Notes: a model not told the origin generated them from the letters alone. Numbered from the stretch's first letter, positions 30,527-41,704 are shown. The stretch: DNA of 64,000 nucleotides from an uncultured Acidobacteriota bacterium (GCA_963734095.1 CAVTGK010000019.1:11213-75212); one strand, 5' to 3'. A program made the numbers and translations.

Positions 30527-31946
30527 GCGGTTTCGCGGCTTTCATCAGCACTGTGTAAAGGCCGAAGCTCAGGCTGAAGGTCACGAACCAGGCGTAGGTG
30601 TAAAGCGAGTCGAGCATCGTTGGATTGGCGACCTGTCCACCAGGAGTGGTCGCGGCCCGAAGGAAGCCGGGTACTACTGGCAGGATAGCAAGGCCCAGCG
30701 CGATCATTGCACGCGAGTTGACGCCGTTCGTATAGCGATACGCGCCGTCGAGAGAAAAGAGGTCGGACACCGAGAGCACACGATGTCGCAGCAGCCAGTA
30801 GTCGGCAATCAAAATCCCGCCGATCGCGCCCATCAAGCTCGAATAACCGATGAGCCACGTAAAGATGTACGCCGCCGCATCGGCGTAGAGCTTCCACGGC
30901 ATCATCGCGATGCCGATCACGGCCGTAATGAGGCCACCGGTCACGTAACTGATGCGTTTCGGCGCCAGACTCGAAAAATCGTTCGCCGGCGAGACGACGT
31001 TGGCCGCCATGTTGGTCGTCAGCTGCGCTGCGAGCACGATCAGCGCTCCCAGAATGATCACGCCGGGTGAACCGATTCGCGCGATCAACGTGATCGGGTC
31101 CCAGATCGCTTCGCCGAACACCACAACGGTCGCGCTGGTGACGGCAACGCCGATGAACGCGAAGGCGGTCATGGTCGTCGGCAAGCCCAACGCCTGCCCG
31201 AGCGCTTGCGATCGCTGGCTTTGGGCATAGCGCGTGAAATCGGGGATGTTCAGGCTCAGCGTGGCCCAGTAGCCAACATTGGCGGTGAGCGCGGCAGGAA
31301 ACAACGTCCAGAACGGCGTGCGAGCTTGCTGGAGGCGTTGCGATTCGTCGAGGATGCGCCCGAGTCCTCCGCCAGCCTCAACCGCCCACCACAAGAGCGC
31401 GACTCCGCCGGCAAGAAGCAGCGGAGCCGACCAGCTCTCGAGAATCTTGATGCCCTCCAGCCCGCGGAGGATGATCGCGACCTGCACCAGCCAGAACGCG
31501 AGAAACGAGATCCACAGGGCGCCCGGCACGTTGGCCCACGCCGGCCAGGCGGCGGCCAGCAGCTCGTGGAGCGCGAGCCCACCAATCCAGGTCTGAATTC
31601 CAAACCAACCGCACGCGACGATCGCCCGGAGGATCGCCGGGACGTTCGCACCGCGCACGCCAAACGCGGCGCGGCACAACACCGGGAACGACACCCCATA
31701 CTTGGTGCCCGCGTGTGCGTTCAGAATCATGGGCACGAGAACGATCGTGTTGCCGAGCAGAATCGTCAACATCGCCTGCCACCAGTTCATGCCCTGCTGC
31801 ATGATGCCGGAGGCCAGGGTGTAGGTCGTGATCACCACGCTCATGCCAATCCAGAGCGCAGCAATGTTGTAAGTGGTCCACGTGCGTTGTGCCGGTGTCG
31901 TCGGCGCCAGGTCCGCGTTCCAGAGCGGGCTCTCGGGGAATTGCAA
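30501..31946 (-). CDS. NCS1 family nucleobase:cation symporter (allantoin/hydantoin/uracil-type permease)
   Basis: Intact 481-aa polytopic ORF: NADLAPT..QRTWTTYNIAALWIGMSVVITTY, NAHAGTKYGVSFPVLCRAAFG, GWFGIQTWIGG, NIPDFTRY. Confidence 0.85.
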   Translation of the reverse strand: MQFPESPLWNADLAPTTPAQRTWTTYNIAALWIGMSVVITTYTLASGIMQQGMNWWQAMLTILLGNTIVLVPMILNAHAGTKYGVSFPVLCRAAFGVRGANVPAILRAIVACGWFGIQTWIGGLALHELLAAAWPAWANVPGALWISFLAFWLVQVAIILRGLEGIKILESWSAPLLLAGGVALLWWAVEAGGGLGRILDESQRLQQARTPFWTLFPAALTANVGYWATLSLNIPDFTRYAQSQRSQALGQALGLPTTMTAFAFIGVAVTSATVVVFGEAIWDPITLIARIGSPGVIILGALIVLAAQLTTNMAANVVSPANDFSSLAPKRISYVTGGLITAVIGIAMMPWKLYADAAAYIFTWLIGYSSLMGAIGGILIADYWLLRHRVLSVSDLFSLDGAYRYTNGVNSRAMIALGLAILPVVPGFLRAATTPGGQVANPTMLDSLYTYAWFVTFSLSFGLYTVLMKAAKPLVEARTHA

Positions 31947-31948
31947 AA

Positions 31949-33067
31949 TTAGACCCGACCCCGGGCCGCGTAGCCTTCGGCCTCATGACCGCCGTGATAC
32001 TCCTTCGACTCGGGTCGGCGGATCTGCGAGTGGGACACCACCCGATCTCGGCGGAGTCCGCGGAAGTCCTCGAGCGTGTGCCACCCCCGGTCGGCATGTC
32101 GATCGAAAAACGCCTCCATCCCGCTCGTGAGCGCCTTGATGATGTTCGGTCCAATCGCGTGATCGAGCATCGCTGCGGTGCACACCTGCACGGTGCCGCA
32201 GCCAAGCAGGAAGTAGTTGAGGGCATGAGCGAACGTCGCGATGCCGCCGATCCCGGAGAACGCGCGATCGGGAAACGCCTGGGTCATCTGCGCCATCTTG
32301 GCCAGCGACTGCGGCAGAATGGCCGGCCCGCCCAAGCCGCCGCTCGACACCAAGCCGTCTACGTTCATCTCGAATTCGAGCGAATCCTCATCGATCAGCG
32401 GGATCGACGGGAACGTGTTCGACGAGACAATCGCATCAGCGCCGCCGAGAAACGCGCCCTTGGCTTCGATCACGATCTCGGTCGTCGACGGCGTGAGCTT
32501 CGCCCAGACGGGAACGCGCGCGACTTCCTTCACGACCTCCGTCACGATCGAGATCTGCTCCTGGTCTTTCCCGATGTTCGACCCCATGTCCTTGCGATCC
32601 ATGTGGGGGCACGACAGATTGAGCTCGAACGCGTCGGCGCCCTCGTCCTGACAGGCCTTGGCGAGCGTCTGCCAGTGTTCCAACTCGCGGTCGCTGCCCG
32701 AACCCGCCATGATCGAGGCGACCAGAATGCGATCGGGGTGGGCTTTCTTGATCCTCGAGATCCGCGGAATCCACCAGTCGAGCGGCTTGTCGGAGATGAG
32801 CTCCCAATTCCACGACGAGTGCAGCGCCGTGCCCGGCCGCTTCTGCATCGACAGCTGGCCCTCGGGCGAGGCGCGCAGAAACTTCGTCTTGGGCCCGTCC
32901 ACGTTGACGACGGGATGGAGTCCAATCGTCTTGGTCACGACACCACCCCAACCGACATCGAAGGCGCGCATGATGTTGGCGTCGGACTCGGTCGGCGGCG
33001 CCGACGACAGCAAGAACGGATTGGGGAAGCGAAGCCCCGTGAATGTGACCGCGAGCTTGTCTGCCAT
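31949..33067 (-). CDS. preA: dihydropyrimidine dehydrogenase PreA-like catalytic (FMN, DHOD-fold) subunit; no ferredoxin-type Cys motifs
   Basis: ATG at 33067 (MADKLAVTFTGLRFPNPFLLSSAPP). GADAFELNLSCPH and SGIGGI are collinear with DPD domain IV. The ORF ends without any CxxCxxCxxxC motif. Confidence 0.8.
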   Translation of the reverse strand: MADKLAVTFTGLRFPNPFLLSSAPPTESDANIMRAFDVGWGGVVTKTIGLHPVVNVDGPKTKFLRASPEGQLSMQKRPGTALHSSWNWELISDKPLDWWIPRISRIKKAHPDRILVASIMAGSGSDRELEHWQTLAKACQDEGADAFELNLSCPHMDRKDMGSNIGKDQEQISIVTEVVKEVARVPVWAKLTPSTTEIVIEAKGAFLGGADAIVSSNTFPSIPLIDEDSLEFEMNVDGLVSSGGLGGPAILPQSLAKMAQMTQAFPDRAFSGIGGIATFAHALNYFLLGCGTVQVCTAAMLDHAIGPNIIKALTSGMEAFFDRHADRGWHTLEDFRGLRRDRVVSHSQIRRPESKEYHGGHEAEGYAARGRV

Positions 33068-33145
33068 GCCCACTCCTCTCAGCCGTCCCACTATAAGAGC
33101 ATTCCGGGGATTCGGATGGTAGGTTCGCGAGTGCGCGAAATTTCG

Positions 33146-33475
33146 TTACTGCGTACGGCCGCTTGGCTCCCGCTCGTACCAGTCGGCATGCCGCGACCAG
33201 CCATGGCAGCGGTGGCAGGACGTCCACTGCCACTGGTGAGAGCATCCAGGACACACGCCTTGGGTCTCGAAGGTGTTCCAGATGGTCTCGCATCCGCCGA
33301 AGAAGGGCTCGGGCGTGCCGAAACTCTGGCAGGCCCAGACGCTGGATGACGTCGGTTGCCAGCCGCACAACGGGCAGCGAATGCGGCCAAACACGAGATC
33401 TTCCAGCAGACGCTTCACCTCATCGATGAAGACGGGGGTCTGGGGCGGGGCTTGCTTGAAGAGAAGAAGCGACAT
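33146..33475 (-). CDS. small Cys-rich hypothetical protein (8 Cys; CPLCGW / CPGC / CHRC knuckles)
   Basis: ATG at 33475 within ORF 33146..33544: MSLLLFKQAPPQTPVFIDEVKRLLEDLVFGRIRCPLCGWQPTSSSVWACQSFGTPEPFFGGCETIWNTFETQGVCPGCSHQWQWTSCHRCHGW... It lies 78 nt upstream of preA on the same strand. Confidence 0.5.
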   Translation of the reverse strand: MSLLLFKQAPPQTPVFIDEVKRLLEDLVFGRIRCPLCGWQPTSSSVWACQSFGTPEPFFGGCETIWNTFETQGVCPGCSHQWQWTSCHRCHGWSRHADWYEREPSGRTQ

Positions 33476-33608
33476 CGAGTGATCCTGAACGCGGATGCGG
33501 TTTTGACTCCTGGATCGAGGGTCGCATGATTTGCCCTGGCACACAACACCTCTGGTGCGCGCAAAAGCGGAAGGGCGTCAAAGTTATCCCCGGCAACAAG
33601 GAACCCGC

Positions 33609-33712
33609 GCCCTGTGCCCTGCGCCCTGCGCCCTGTGCCCTGCGCCCTGCGCCCTGCGCCCTGTGCCCTGTGCCCTGTGCCCTATGCCCTATGCCCTTGC
33701 CCTGTGCCCTGT
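33609..33712. repeat. 15-unit heptamer array (GCCCTGY/GCCCTAT)
   Basis: Units counted directly from 33609 to 33712. The array abuts the TAA stop (33715-33717) of the beta-propeller gene. The minus strand reads (RCAGGGC)n. Confidence 0.95.
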
Positions 33713-33714
33713 GC

Positions 33715-35446
33715 TTAAGGCTTCCTGCCGATCGCAAACAAATGCTTCGCGGACCGCACGTACATCACACCCTCGGACAACGCCGGCGTCGCCATCACCG
33801 GCTCACCCATCGAGTTGGTCGCGATGTGTTTGAAAGTCGAGCCGGCCGCGATCACCAGGACGTCGCCATCTTCGCTCGACAGGTAGATCTTGTCATCCGC
33901 GGCGACAGGCGAGGCGCTAAAGCCATTGCCCACTTGCGGAAGCCGATGCCGATACACCTCCTCGCCCGTCCGCAGGTTGTAGGCGTCGAACACCCCGTTG
34001 TTGGCGAGAACGTAGAGCAGGCCCTTGTAGATGAGGGGCGTTGGCATGTACGAGCCGCGGCCAGTGCGGCTCCACACGATCGACGTGCTGCTCGTCGCCC
34101 CATCTGGCAGGGTGAGATCGCCACGCGCATCAGGCTTGACCACGAAGATCGGACGCTCCGGCGCGCGCCCGCTGGCCACCACAAAGAGCCCCTCGTCGAA
34201 CACCGGCGTAGGCGCCGTGATTTTCGAGCTTCGGCCGATCCGCCACAACTCTTTTCCGGTCGTCGGATCGTATGCGCGAACGAAATTGGCGGCGTTCGTC
34301 ACCAGCACGGGACCGCCAGACGTCGATGCGACGGTGGGCGTGCCCCACGACGGCAACTCATCGCGATCGGTCTTCCATCGTGTTTCACCGGTGGTCGCGT
34401 CGAGAGCCAACAGAAACGAGTCGGCCTGGGTGTCGCACTGGATGATGACAAGGCCATTCCAGATGATTGGCGAGCTTGCGGGACCCCACTCAAAGGTTGG
34501 AATGTCTGTACGCACCGAGATCCGCCCGCCCGAGATCGACTTTCCACAAGAACATTCCGTTCACGTCATAGGCGTGAACACCGTGCGATCCAAACCAGGC
34601 AACGACGATGCGTCCGTCGGTGGCGGGTGAGGCGCTGGCGTAGGTCGATTTGATGTGACGTTTGTCGATCGGCGCCCCTTCGTGAGCCACGCGCTCCCAC
34701 AGCGTTTTGCCGCTGCGCTTGTCAATCGCGTAGATCATCCAGCGCTGTCGCGACCGATCGGCGGAGGCATCGCCGTCGCCGTACAGCCCCGGACGGAACG
34801 ATGCGGTCGCATCGCTGCTGACGGCACTCGTCACGAAGATGCGATCCCCCCAGACAATCGGGCTCGAGTGCGCGAGGCCTGGAATCGGGGTGCGCCACAG
34901 GACGTTGGCGCCGCTCTTGGGATCCCACTGATCCGGCAGATGCTGCCCTTCCGCAATCCCTGAGGCGCCGGGTCCTCGAAACGACGGCCAACTGCCGGTT
35001 GCGGCCGCGGCGGCCGGCAACGAGGCCCGGGAAGCCTCACCTGTGCGCACAATCTTTCGAGGCGCGATTGCTTCGGGCTCGGTCGCCGGACGCCACTCGC
35101 TCTTGTCGAGAATCATGGTCCGTGGCCGGCAACCGTCGTTGAGGAGCTCGAAGCTCACGTGCTGATTCGCCGCTCGCATCCGATAGATGCCGGGGCCATC
35201 GCATCCGCCAGGCCCACCGGGCGACATGAGCTCGATTCGATCGCCATCGATCTTCCAGGAGCCCTTGAACGTTGGCCATCCCTCGCCCTCGATTGCGAAT
35301 GAACCATCGGCACCGAAGCGCGCAGAGAAGACACCAAAGACCAGTGGGGTCGAGGGAAGCGCGGTTTGCTCGCGGACGCCAGCCACCATCATCGCAGGGC
35401 GACTGATCAGCAACATCACGACGAGCAAGAGGCGGAGCGTAGGCAT
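33715..35446 (-). CDS. secreted PQQ-like/BamB-like beta-propeller repeat protein, one frameshift
   Basis: Signal [23 protein letters not shown] (ORF 34490..35476). Propeller repeats include [36 protein letters not shown], and in ORF 33715..34515 [44 protein letters not shown]. The frame change is near 34500. Confidence 0.75.
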
Positions 35447-35454
35447 CGAGTCCT

Positions 35455-36264
35455 TCAGTCGGGCCGACGTCCCCACGATTGCACGATTCGCGGAGTGCCC
35501 GCCAGCGTGGTCGGGTTGGCAGCGAACTCGTAGAGCTCACGAACGATGCGATCGATTTCCTCGCGCGTCGCGAGGCCGTCGTCGAGCACGGTGTCGGCAA
35601 TGTTCTCCATCGTGAGCGGGGTGGCCAGCTTGGCGTCGCCTTTCAAGGCCACGGGTTGAACGATATGAACTCCGACATCAGTCAAGCCGGCGTTCTGCAA
35701 GAGGCTGGGCAGTCGCGGCCCGATATTCGGATCGCCACCGCGGCGGATGACAGTGGCGCAATACAGCTCGCGATAGCGTTGGAACGCGGGGCTGTCGGGA
35801 TACGTGAAGTAGCCGCTGAAGTCGACGTCTTCCACCGCCATCCGTCCCCCGGGGCGCAGGTGGTCGAAGAACATTCTTACGAGGGTCCCCGGATCCTTCA
35901 GGTGCGTCAGCAGAAACCTCGTGTAGACGACGTCGAAGCTGTGCGTGAACGACGAGTGCCGAAGGTCAGACGCGTGGAACTCGACGTTCGATACCCCGAG
36001 TCGCTCGGCCTCTGCGCGCGCGATGTCGAGCTTCGTTTGATCGATGTCGAAGCCGAAGGCTTTGCCAGTCGGACCAACACGGCGCGCGAGCTCGACCGTG
36101 AGGTCACCACCACCGCAGCCGAAATCCGCGCAGACGAGGCCCTCATGAAGCTCGAGACGATCCAGGAGCGACGAAGAAGTCGGATGCATGATGCGCGAGA
36201 TGACTCTGAGCCGCTCGCGGCCGTGGATTCCCCCGCGGATGACATAGTGGGTGGCATGGGACAT
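35455..36264 (-). CDS. class I SAM-dependent methyltransferase
   Basis: ATG at 36264 ([12 protein letters not shown]). Motif I is [21 protein letters not shown]. Also [12 protein letters not shown] and [12 protein letters not shown]. Confidence 0.8.
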   Translation of the reverse strand: MSHATHYVIRGGIHGRERLRVISRIMHPTSSSLLDRLELHEGLVCADFGCGGGDLTVELARRVGPTGKAFGFDIDQTKLDIARAEAERLGVSNVEFHASDLRHSSFTHSFDVVYTRFLLTHLKDPGTLVRMFFDHLRPGGRMAVEDVDFSGYFTYPDSPAFQRYRELYCATVIRRGGDPNIGPRLPSLLQNAGLTDVGVHIVQPVALKGDAKLATPLTMENIADTVLDDGLATREEIDRIVRELYEFAANPTTLAGTPRIVQSWGRRPD

Positions 36265-36327
36265 CAAGCGCCTCCCGTCGGCCGGTGACTGCTGCGTCAC
36301 TCTCGCAAACTCTGCCACATTCCCGTT

Positions 36328-36398
36328 ACAGGGCCTGTCCCCCGTGACAGGGCCTGTCCCGATGACAGGGCCTGTCCCCCGATGACGGCCGTCCCGTG
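36328..36398. repeat. tandem about-19-nt repeat ACAGGGCCTGTCCCCCGATG x3 (+ degenerate 4th)
   Basis: Copies at 36328-36346, 36347-36364, 36365-36384 and a degenerate copy at 36385-36398, in the divergent region between the methyltransferase and mmsA. Confidence 0.9.
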
Positions 36399-36440
36399 GT
36401 CATGGCTGGCCCGAGGGCAACGCTATATAGTGAGCCCATC

Positions 36441-37902
<1,462 letters not shown>

Positions 37903-38009
37903 GACAGACCAAGACACGGTAGCCACGAAGGCACGAAGACTGACTCGGGTTTTCGTGCACGTTTGTCTTTGCTACCTGTCTTCGTGACTTCGTGCCCTTC
38001 GTGGCTACG
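37903..38009. repeat. palindromic GCCACGAAGGCACGAAG ... CTTCGTGCCCTTCGTGGC element
   Basis: It fills the whole mmsA-to-dihydropyrimidinase gap: ...ggtagccacgaaggcacgaagactgactcgggttttcgtgcacg...cttcgtgacttcgtgcccttcgtggctacg. Confidence 0.9.
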
Positions 38010-38016
38010 TTTCAAT

Positions 38017-39393
38017 ATGAGTCTGCTGATAAAGAACGGCACCATCGTCAACGCCAGTGACATCTATCGCGGGGACGTGTTCGTCGAGAACGAGACGGTC
38101 ACGACGATCGGCACGAACTTATCGATGCCCGCCGACCAGACCCTCGACGCCACCGGACGCTATGTGATTCCCGGCGGCATCGACTGCCACACGCATCTCG
38201 ACATGCCGTTTGGTGGCAGCACCTCGGCGGACGATTTCGAATCGGGAACCATCGCCGCCGCCTTTGGCGGAACGACGTCGATCATCGACTTCGCAATCCA
38301 GTACCGCGGTCAGACGCTTCATCACGCCTGGGAAACGTGGATGAAGAAGGCCCAAGGCAAAGCCGCCATCGACTACGGCTTCCACATGATCATCACTGAG
38401 CTGACCGATCAGGTGGAGGACGAGATGGACGCACTCGTGCATCAGGGCGTCACCTCGTTCAAGCTGTTCATGGCGTACCCGGGCGTCTTCATGCTGGACG
38501 ACGCCTCGATATTTCGGGCGATGCTGCGGACCGGCAAGAACGGCGGAACGATCTGTATGCACGCCGAAAACGGGGGCGTGATCGACGTGCTGGTCCGAAA
38601 AGCGTTGGCCGAGGGCAAGACGGCGCCGAAGTATCACGCGCTCACGCGTCCGGCCCGCGCCGAGGGCGAAGCCACCCATCGAGCGATCGCGCTTGCCGAG
38701 ATCGCCGAGGTTCCGGTCTACATCGTCCACCTGTCAGCGGCCGAAGCGTTGGAGATGGTGACCGAGGCACGCGATCGCGGGCTGCCCGCCTACGCTGAGA
38801 CCTGCCCCCAATATTTGTTTCTGTCGTACGACAACTATGAGGAGCCTGGATTCGAAGGCGCCAAGTACGTCATGAGCCCGCCGCTGCGAGCGAAGGAGAC
38901 GCAAGACCGGTTGTGGCGAGGCCTGGCCTTCAACGACCTTCAAGCCGTCTCGACGGACCATTGTCCTTTCTGTATGAAAGAACAGAAAGAGTTGGGCAGG
39001 GACGACTTCTCGAAGATCCCAAACGGCGCGCCCGGCATCGAAACCCGCATGAGCCTCGTGTTCGACGGTGGTGTGCGGCAGGGTCGCATTTCGCTCAATC
39101 GATGGGTAGAGTTGACGTCAGCTTCGCCGGCCAAGATCTTCGGGCTGTTCCCCCGAAAAGGGACGATCGCTCCCGGCTCCGACGCCGACATCGTGATCTT
39201 CAATCCTGAGAAGAGCACGAAGCTGTCGGCCAAGACGCTCCACATGAAGGTGGACTACAACCCGTACGAGGGGCGCGAAGTGACCGGAGTCAGCGAAACA
39301 GTCATCTCGCGTGGGAAGGTCATCGTCGAGAATGGTCGGTTCGTCGGGCGCGCAGGGTCGGGAGTGTTCCTGAAGCGGAACCCGCGAAGCTAA
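38017..39393 (+). CDS. dihydropyrimidinase / D-hydantoinase
   Basis: ATG at 38017. Intact: IPGGIDCHTHLDMPFGG, TSFKLFMAY, GGTICMHAENG, VYIVHLS, AVSTDHCPF, GSDADIVIF. Confidence 0.9.
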   Translation: MSLLIKNGTIVNASDIYRGDVFVENETVTTIGTNLSMPADQTLDATGRYVIPGGIDCHTHLDMPFGGSTSADDFESGTIAAAFGGTTSIIDFAIQYRGQTLHHAWETWMKKAQGKAAIDYGFHMIITELTDQVEDEMDALVHQGVTSFKLFMAYPGVFMLDDASIFRAMLRTGKNGGTICMHAENGGVIDVLVRKALAEGKTAPKYHALTRPARAEGEATHRAIALAEIAEVPVYIVHLSAAEALEMVTEARDRGLPAYAETCPQYLFLSYDNYEEPGFEGAKYVMSPPLRAKETQDRLWRGLAFNDLQAVSTDHCPFCMKEQKELGRDDFSKIPNGAPGIETRMSLVFDGGVRQGRISLNRWVELTSASPAKIFGLFPRKGTIAPGSDADIVIFNPEKSTKLSAKTLHMKVDYNPYEGREVTGVSETVISRGKVIVENGRFVGRAGSGVFLKRNPRS

Positions 39394-39420
39394 AACTCGA
39401 AACGCAGTATGTAAACGTAC

Positions 39421-39509
39421 GCCACGAAGGGCACGAAGACACGAAGCAGAAAAAGCACGAACGAGCCAGCGCTTCCTCAACGAGCTTCGTGACTTGGTGC
39501 CTTCGTGGC
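39421..39509. repeat. palindromic GCCACGAAGGGCACGAAG ... CTTCGTGACTTGGTGCCTTCGTGGC element
   Basis: Left arm 39421-39447, right arm 39484-39509, located between the dihydropyrimidinase and aminotransferase genes. Confidence 0.9.
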
Positions 39510-39537
39510 GTCGTCCTACGATCTATGGAAGATTGCT

Positions 39538-40872
39538 ATGACAGCTACAGAGACAAACACAACGATGTCGGGCGAGCAGATGGTGGCGCTGTCGCGACAG
39601 CACACGATCTTTGAGTGGTCGGCACAATCGAAGGTCGATCCCATTCCAGTCGCACGGGCCAAAGGGATCTATTTCTGGACGCCCGAGGGCAAGCGCTACA
39701 TCGACTTCAACAGCCAGTTGATGTGCGTCAACATCGGACATGGCGACGAGCGAGTCATTCGCGCCATTCAGGAACAGGCCGCGGTGCTCGCCTACGCCAA
39801 TCCCTTCATGGCCACCGAGCCCCGCGCTCGGCTCGGCGCCAGGCTCGCCGAGATCTGCCCCGGCGACATCGACGCATTCTTCTTCACCAACGGCGGCGCC
39901 GAAGCCAATGAGAACGCCATCAAGATCGCGCGTTGGTATACCGGCCGCCACAAGATTCTTGCGTTCTATCGCTCGTACCACGGCGGTACGGCAGGGTCGA
40001 TCAGCTTGACCGGCGACCCACGCCGGTGGGCCGCGGAGCCCGGCCTGCCTGGTATCGTTCACGTGCTCAACCCGTACCATGGGATTCAGCGCGGGTGGGA
40101 CGACGCATCCACGGCGCTTGCCTACCTCGAGGAAATGATCCAGCTCGAAGGTCCGAACACCATTGCCGGTTTCATCCTCGAGCCGGTGGTCGGCACCAAC
40201 GGCATCCTAGTACCACCCGATGGATACCTTCAAGGTGTGCGCGCACTTTGTGACAAGTACGGAATCGTGATGATCGCGGACGAGGTGATGGCCGGTTTCG
40301 GCCGGACTGGCAAGTGGTTCTCGGTCGATCACTGGAACGTCGTGCCGGACGTCATGACGATGGCGAAGGGCCTCACGAGCGCGTACGTGCAACTGGGGGC
40401 GGTGGGGATGCGGCGAAAGATCGCCGACCACTTTCGCGACAACGTCTTCTACGGCGGCCTCACCTACAACAGCCACACGTTGGCATGCGCGGCTGCGCTC
40501 GCGACGCTGGCGGTGTACGACGAGGACAAGCTGATCGAGCGCGCACATGAGACTGGGATCGTGATGAAGAGCTTGCTCACCGACCTGGCCGCACGACATC
40601 CGTCGGTTGGGGCCGTTCGGTCGATCGGGTTGTTTGGCGTCGTCGAGCTCGTGCGAAACCGCAAGACGCTCGAGCCGATCGCGCCGTTCAACGGAACGTC
40701 GCCGGAAATGCAGGCGCTGGGAAAGTTCTTCCGGAACGAGGGCTTGTATACCTTTGTCCGGTGGAACACATTCTTCACAAATCCGCCACTCTGTATCACC
40801 GAAGCCGAGCTGCGCGAGGGTTTCGGGATCATCGATCGCGGGCTTTACGAGGTCGATCGTGCCGTTGAGTAG
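39538..40872 (+). CDS. class III (omega) aminotransferase, beta-alanine/taurine--pyruvate type
   Basis: ATG at 39538. Intact: FTNGGAEANENAIKIAR, IMIADEVMAGFGRTGKWF, DVMTMAKGLTSAY (PLP lysine), YNSH. Confidence 0.85.
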   Translation: MTATETNTTMSGEQMVALSRQHTIFEWSAQSKVDPIPVARAKGIYFWTPEGKRYIDFNSQLMCVNIGHGDERVIRAIQEQAAVLAYANPFMATEPRARLGARLAEICPGDIDAFFFTNGGAEANENAIKIARWYTGRHKILAFYRSYHGGTAGSISLTGDPRRWAAEPGLPGIVHVLNPYHGIQRGWDDASTALAYLEEMIQLEGPNTIAGFILEPVVGTNGILVPPDGYLQGVRALCDKYGIVMIADEVMAGFGRTGKWFSVDHWNVVPDVMTMAKGLTSAYVQLGAVGMRRKIADHFRDNVFYGGLTYNSHTLACAAALATLAVYDEDKLIERAHETGIVMKSLLTDLAARHPSVGAVRSIGLFGVVELVRNRKTLEPIAPFNGTSPEMQALGKFFRNEGLYTFVRWNTFFTNPPLCITEAELREGFGIIDRGLYEVDRAVE

Positions 40873-41013
40873 CATCCTCGCGCCAGCGACACGTGCCTGA
40901 CGGCGTGACATTCAACGTGATCGAAGTAATTCGATGGCGTGAAGAACATGGGGACAGCTGCCGCTGTGCGGCATCGTGATCGAACTCAGCCCGAGCGGCG
41001 ATGAGCCGGAAAT

Positions 41014-41073
41014 GGGCCTGTCCCCTTTATGCAGCTGACAATTCTCGTCAATGAATAAAAGGGGACAGGCCCC
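41014..41073. repeat. 17/18-nt inverted repeat GGGCCTGTCCCCTTTAT ... ATAAAAGGGGACAGGCCC with 24-nt AT-rich loop, upstream of dps
   Basis: Arms at 41014-41030 and 41055-41072, differing by one extra A. They share the GGGCCTGTCCCC core with the 36.3-kb and 55.8-kb repeats. Confidence 0.85.
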
Positions 41074-41127
41074 GTTCGTCGCAGTTTCTGCAAACTCAGC
41101 GGCAGGACTGCCACTTATCATCGTTTC

Positions 41128-41649
41128 ATGGCAACTCTTAAGCACCGCTCCGCTTTGCACGTTGTTCCTCACACCGCGCCACGAATCGACATCGGTATTT
41201 CAGAACCGAATCGCCGCAAAATCGCGACCGGCCTCGGCCGGCTTCTTGCCGACACGTACACCCTCTATCTCAAGACCCACAACTTTCACTGGAACGTCAC
41301 CGGGCCGATGTTCCAAACGCTGCACGTGATGTTCGAGGAGCAGTACACCGAGCAGTGGCAGGCGGCCGATCTGATCGCCGAGCGAATTCGCGCGCTCGGC
41401 TTCCCTGCCCCAGGGACGTTCAAGGAGTTTCTGGCGACGACCTCGATCAAAGAGCCGGAAGGCACACCCAGCGCCGAAGAGATGATTCGCGAGCTGGTCG
41501 ACGGGCAGGAGGCGGTGGTCCGGACCGCGCGATCGATTCTGCCGGCCGCGGAGAAGGTCGATGATCAGCCTACGGTCGACCTCGTGACCCAGCGTCTGCA
41601 GACGCACGAGAAGGCAGCGTGGATGCTACGCAGTCTGTTGCAGACGTAG
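41128..41649 (+). CDS. dps: Dps family DNA-protection/ferroxidase protein
   Basis: Intact 173-aa ORF: [37 protein letters not shown]....[11 protein letters not shown] (ferroxidase H..H..D..E pattern). Confidence 0.9.
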   Translation: MATLKHRSALHVVPHTAPRIDIGISEPNRRKIATGLGRLLADTYTLYLKTHNFHWNVTGPMFQTLHVMFEEQYTEQWQAADLIAERIRALGFPAPGTFKEFLATTSIKEPEGTPSAEEMIRELVDGQEAVVRTARSILPAAEKVDDQPTVDLVTQRLQTHEKAAWMLRSLLQT

Positions 41650-41653
41650 CTCA

Positions 41654-41691
41654 CCAGTGACCGGTGGCCAGCGGCCGGTGGCGCTGGCCGG
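41654..41691. repeat. GGCCGGTGGC simple repeat after the dps stop
   Basis: ccagtgaccggtggccagcggccggtggcgctggccgg, the same word family as 20443-20487. Confidence 0.8.
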
Positions 41692-41704
41692 TTTCGTCGA
41701 AAGG

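Noticed and set aside
33609-33712. Possible CRISPR arrays among the many tandem repeats (also 36328-36398, 48578-48630, 3704-3785).
   Set aside because: The repeat period is only 7-20 nt with no unique spacers between units, and no cas genes are present in the window. These are simple tandem or palindromic repeats, not CRISPR.
40912-41172. 86-aa minus-strand ORF spanning the inverted repeat upstream of dps.
   Set aside because: It has no motif, it covers an obvious structured intergenic element and the dps start, and its codon composition is atypical for this genome.
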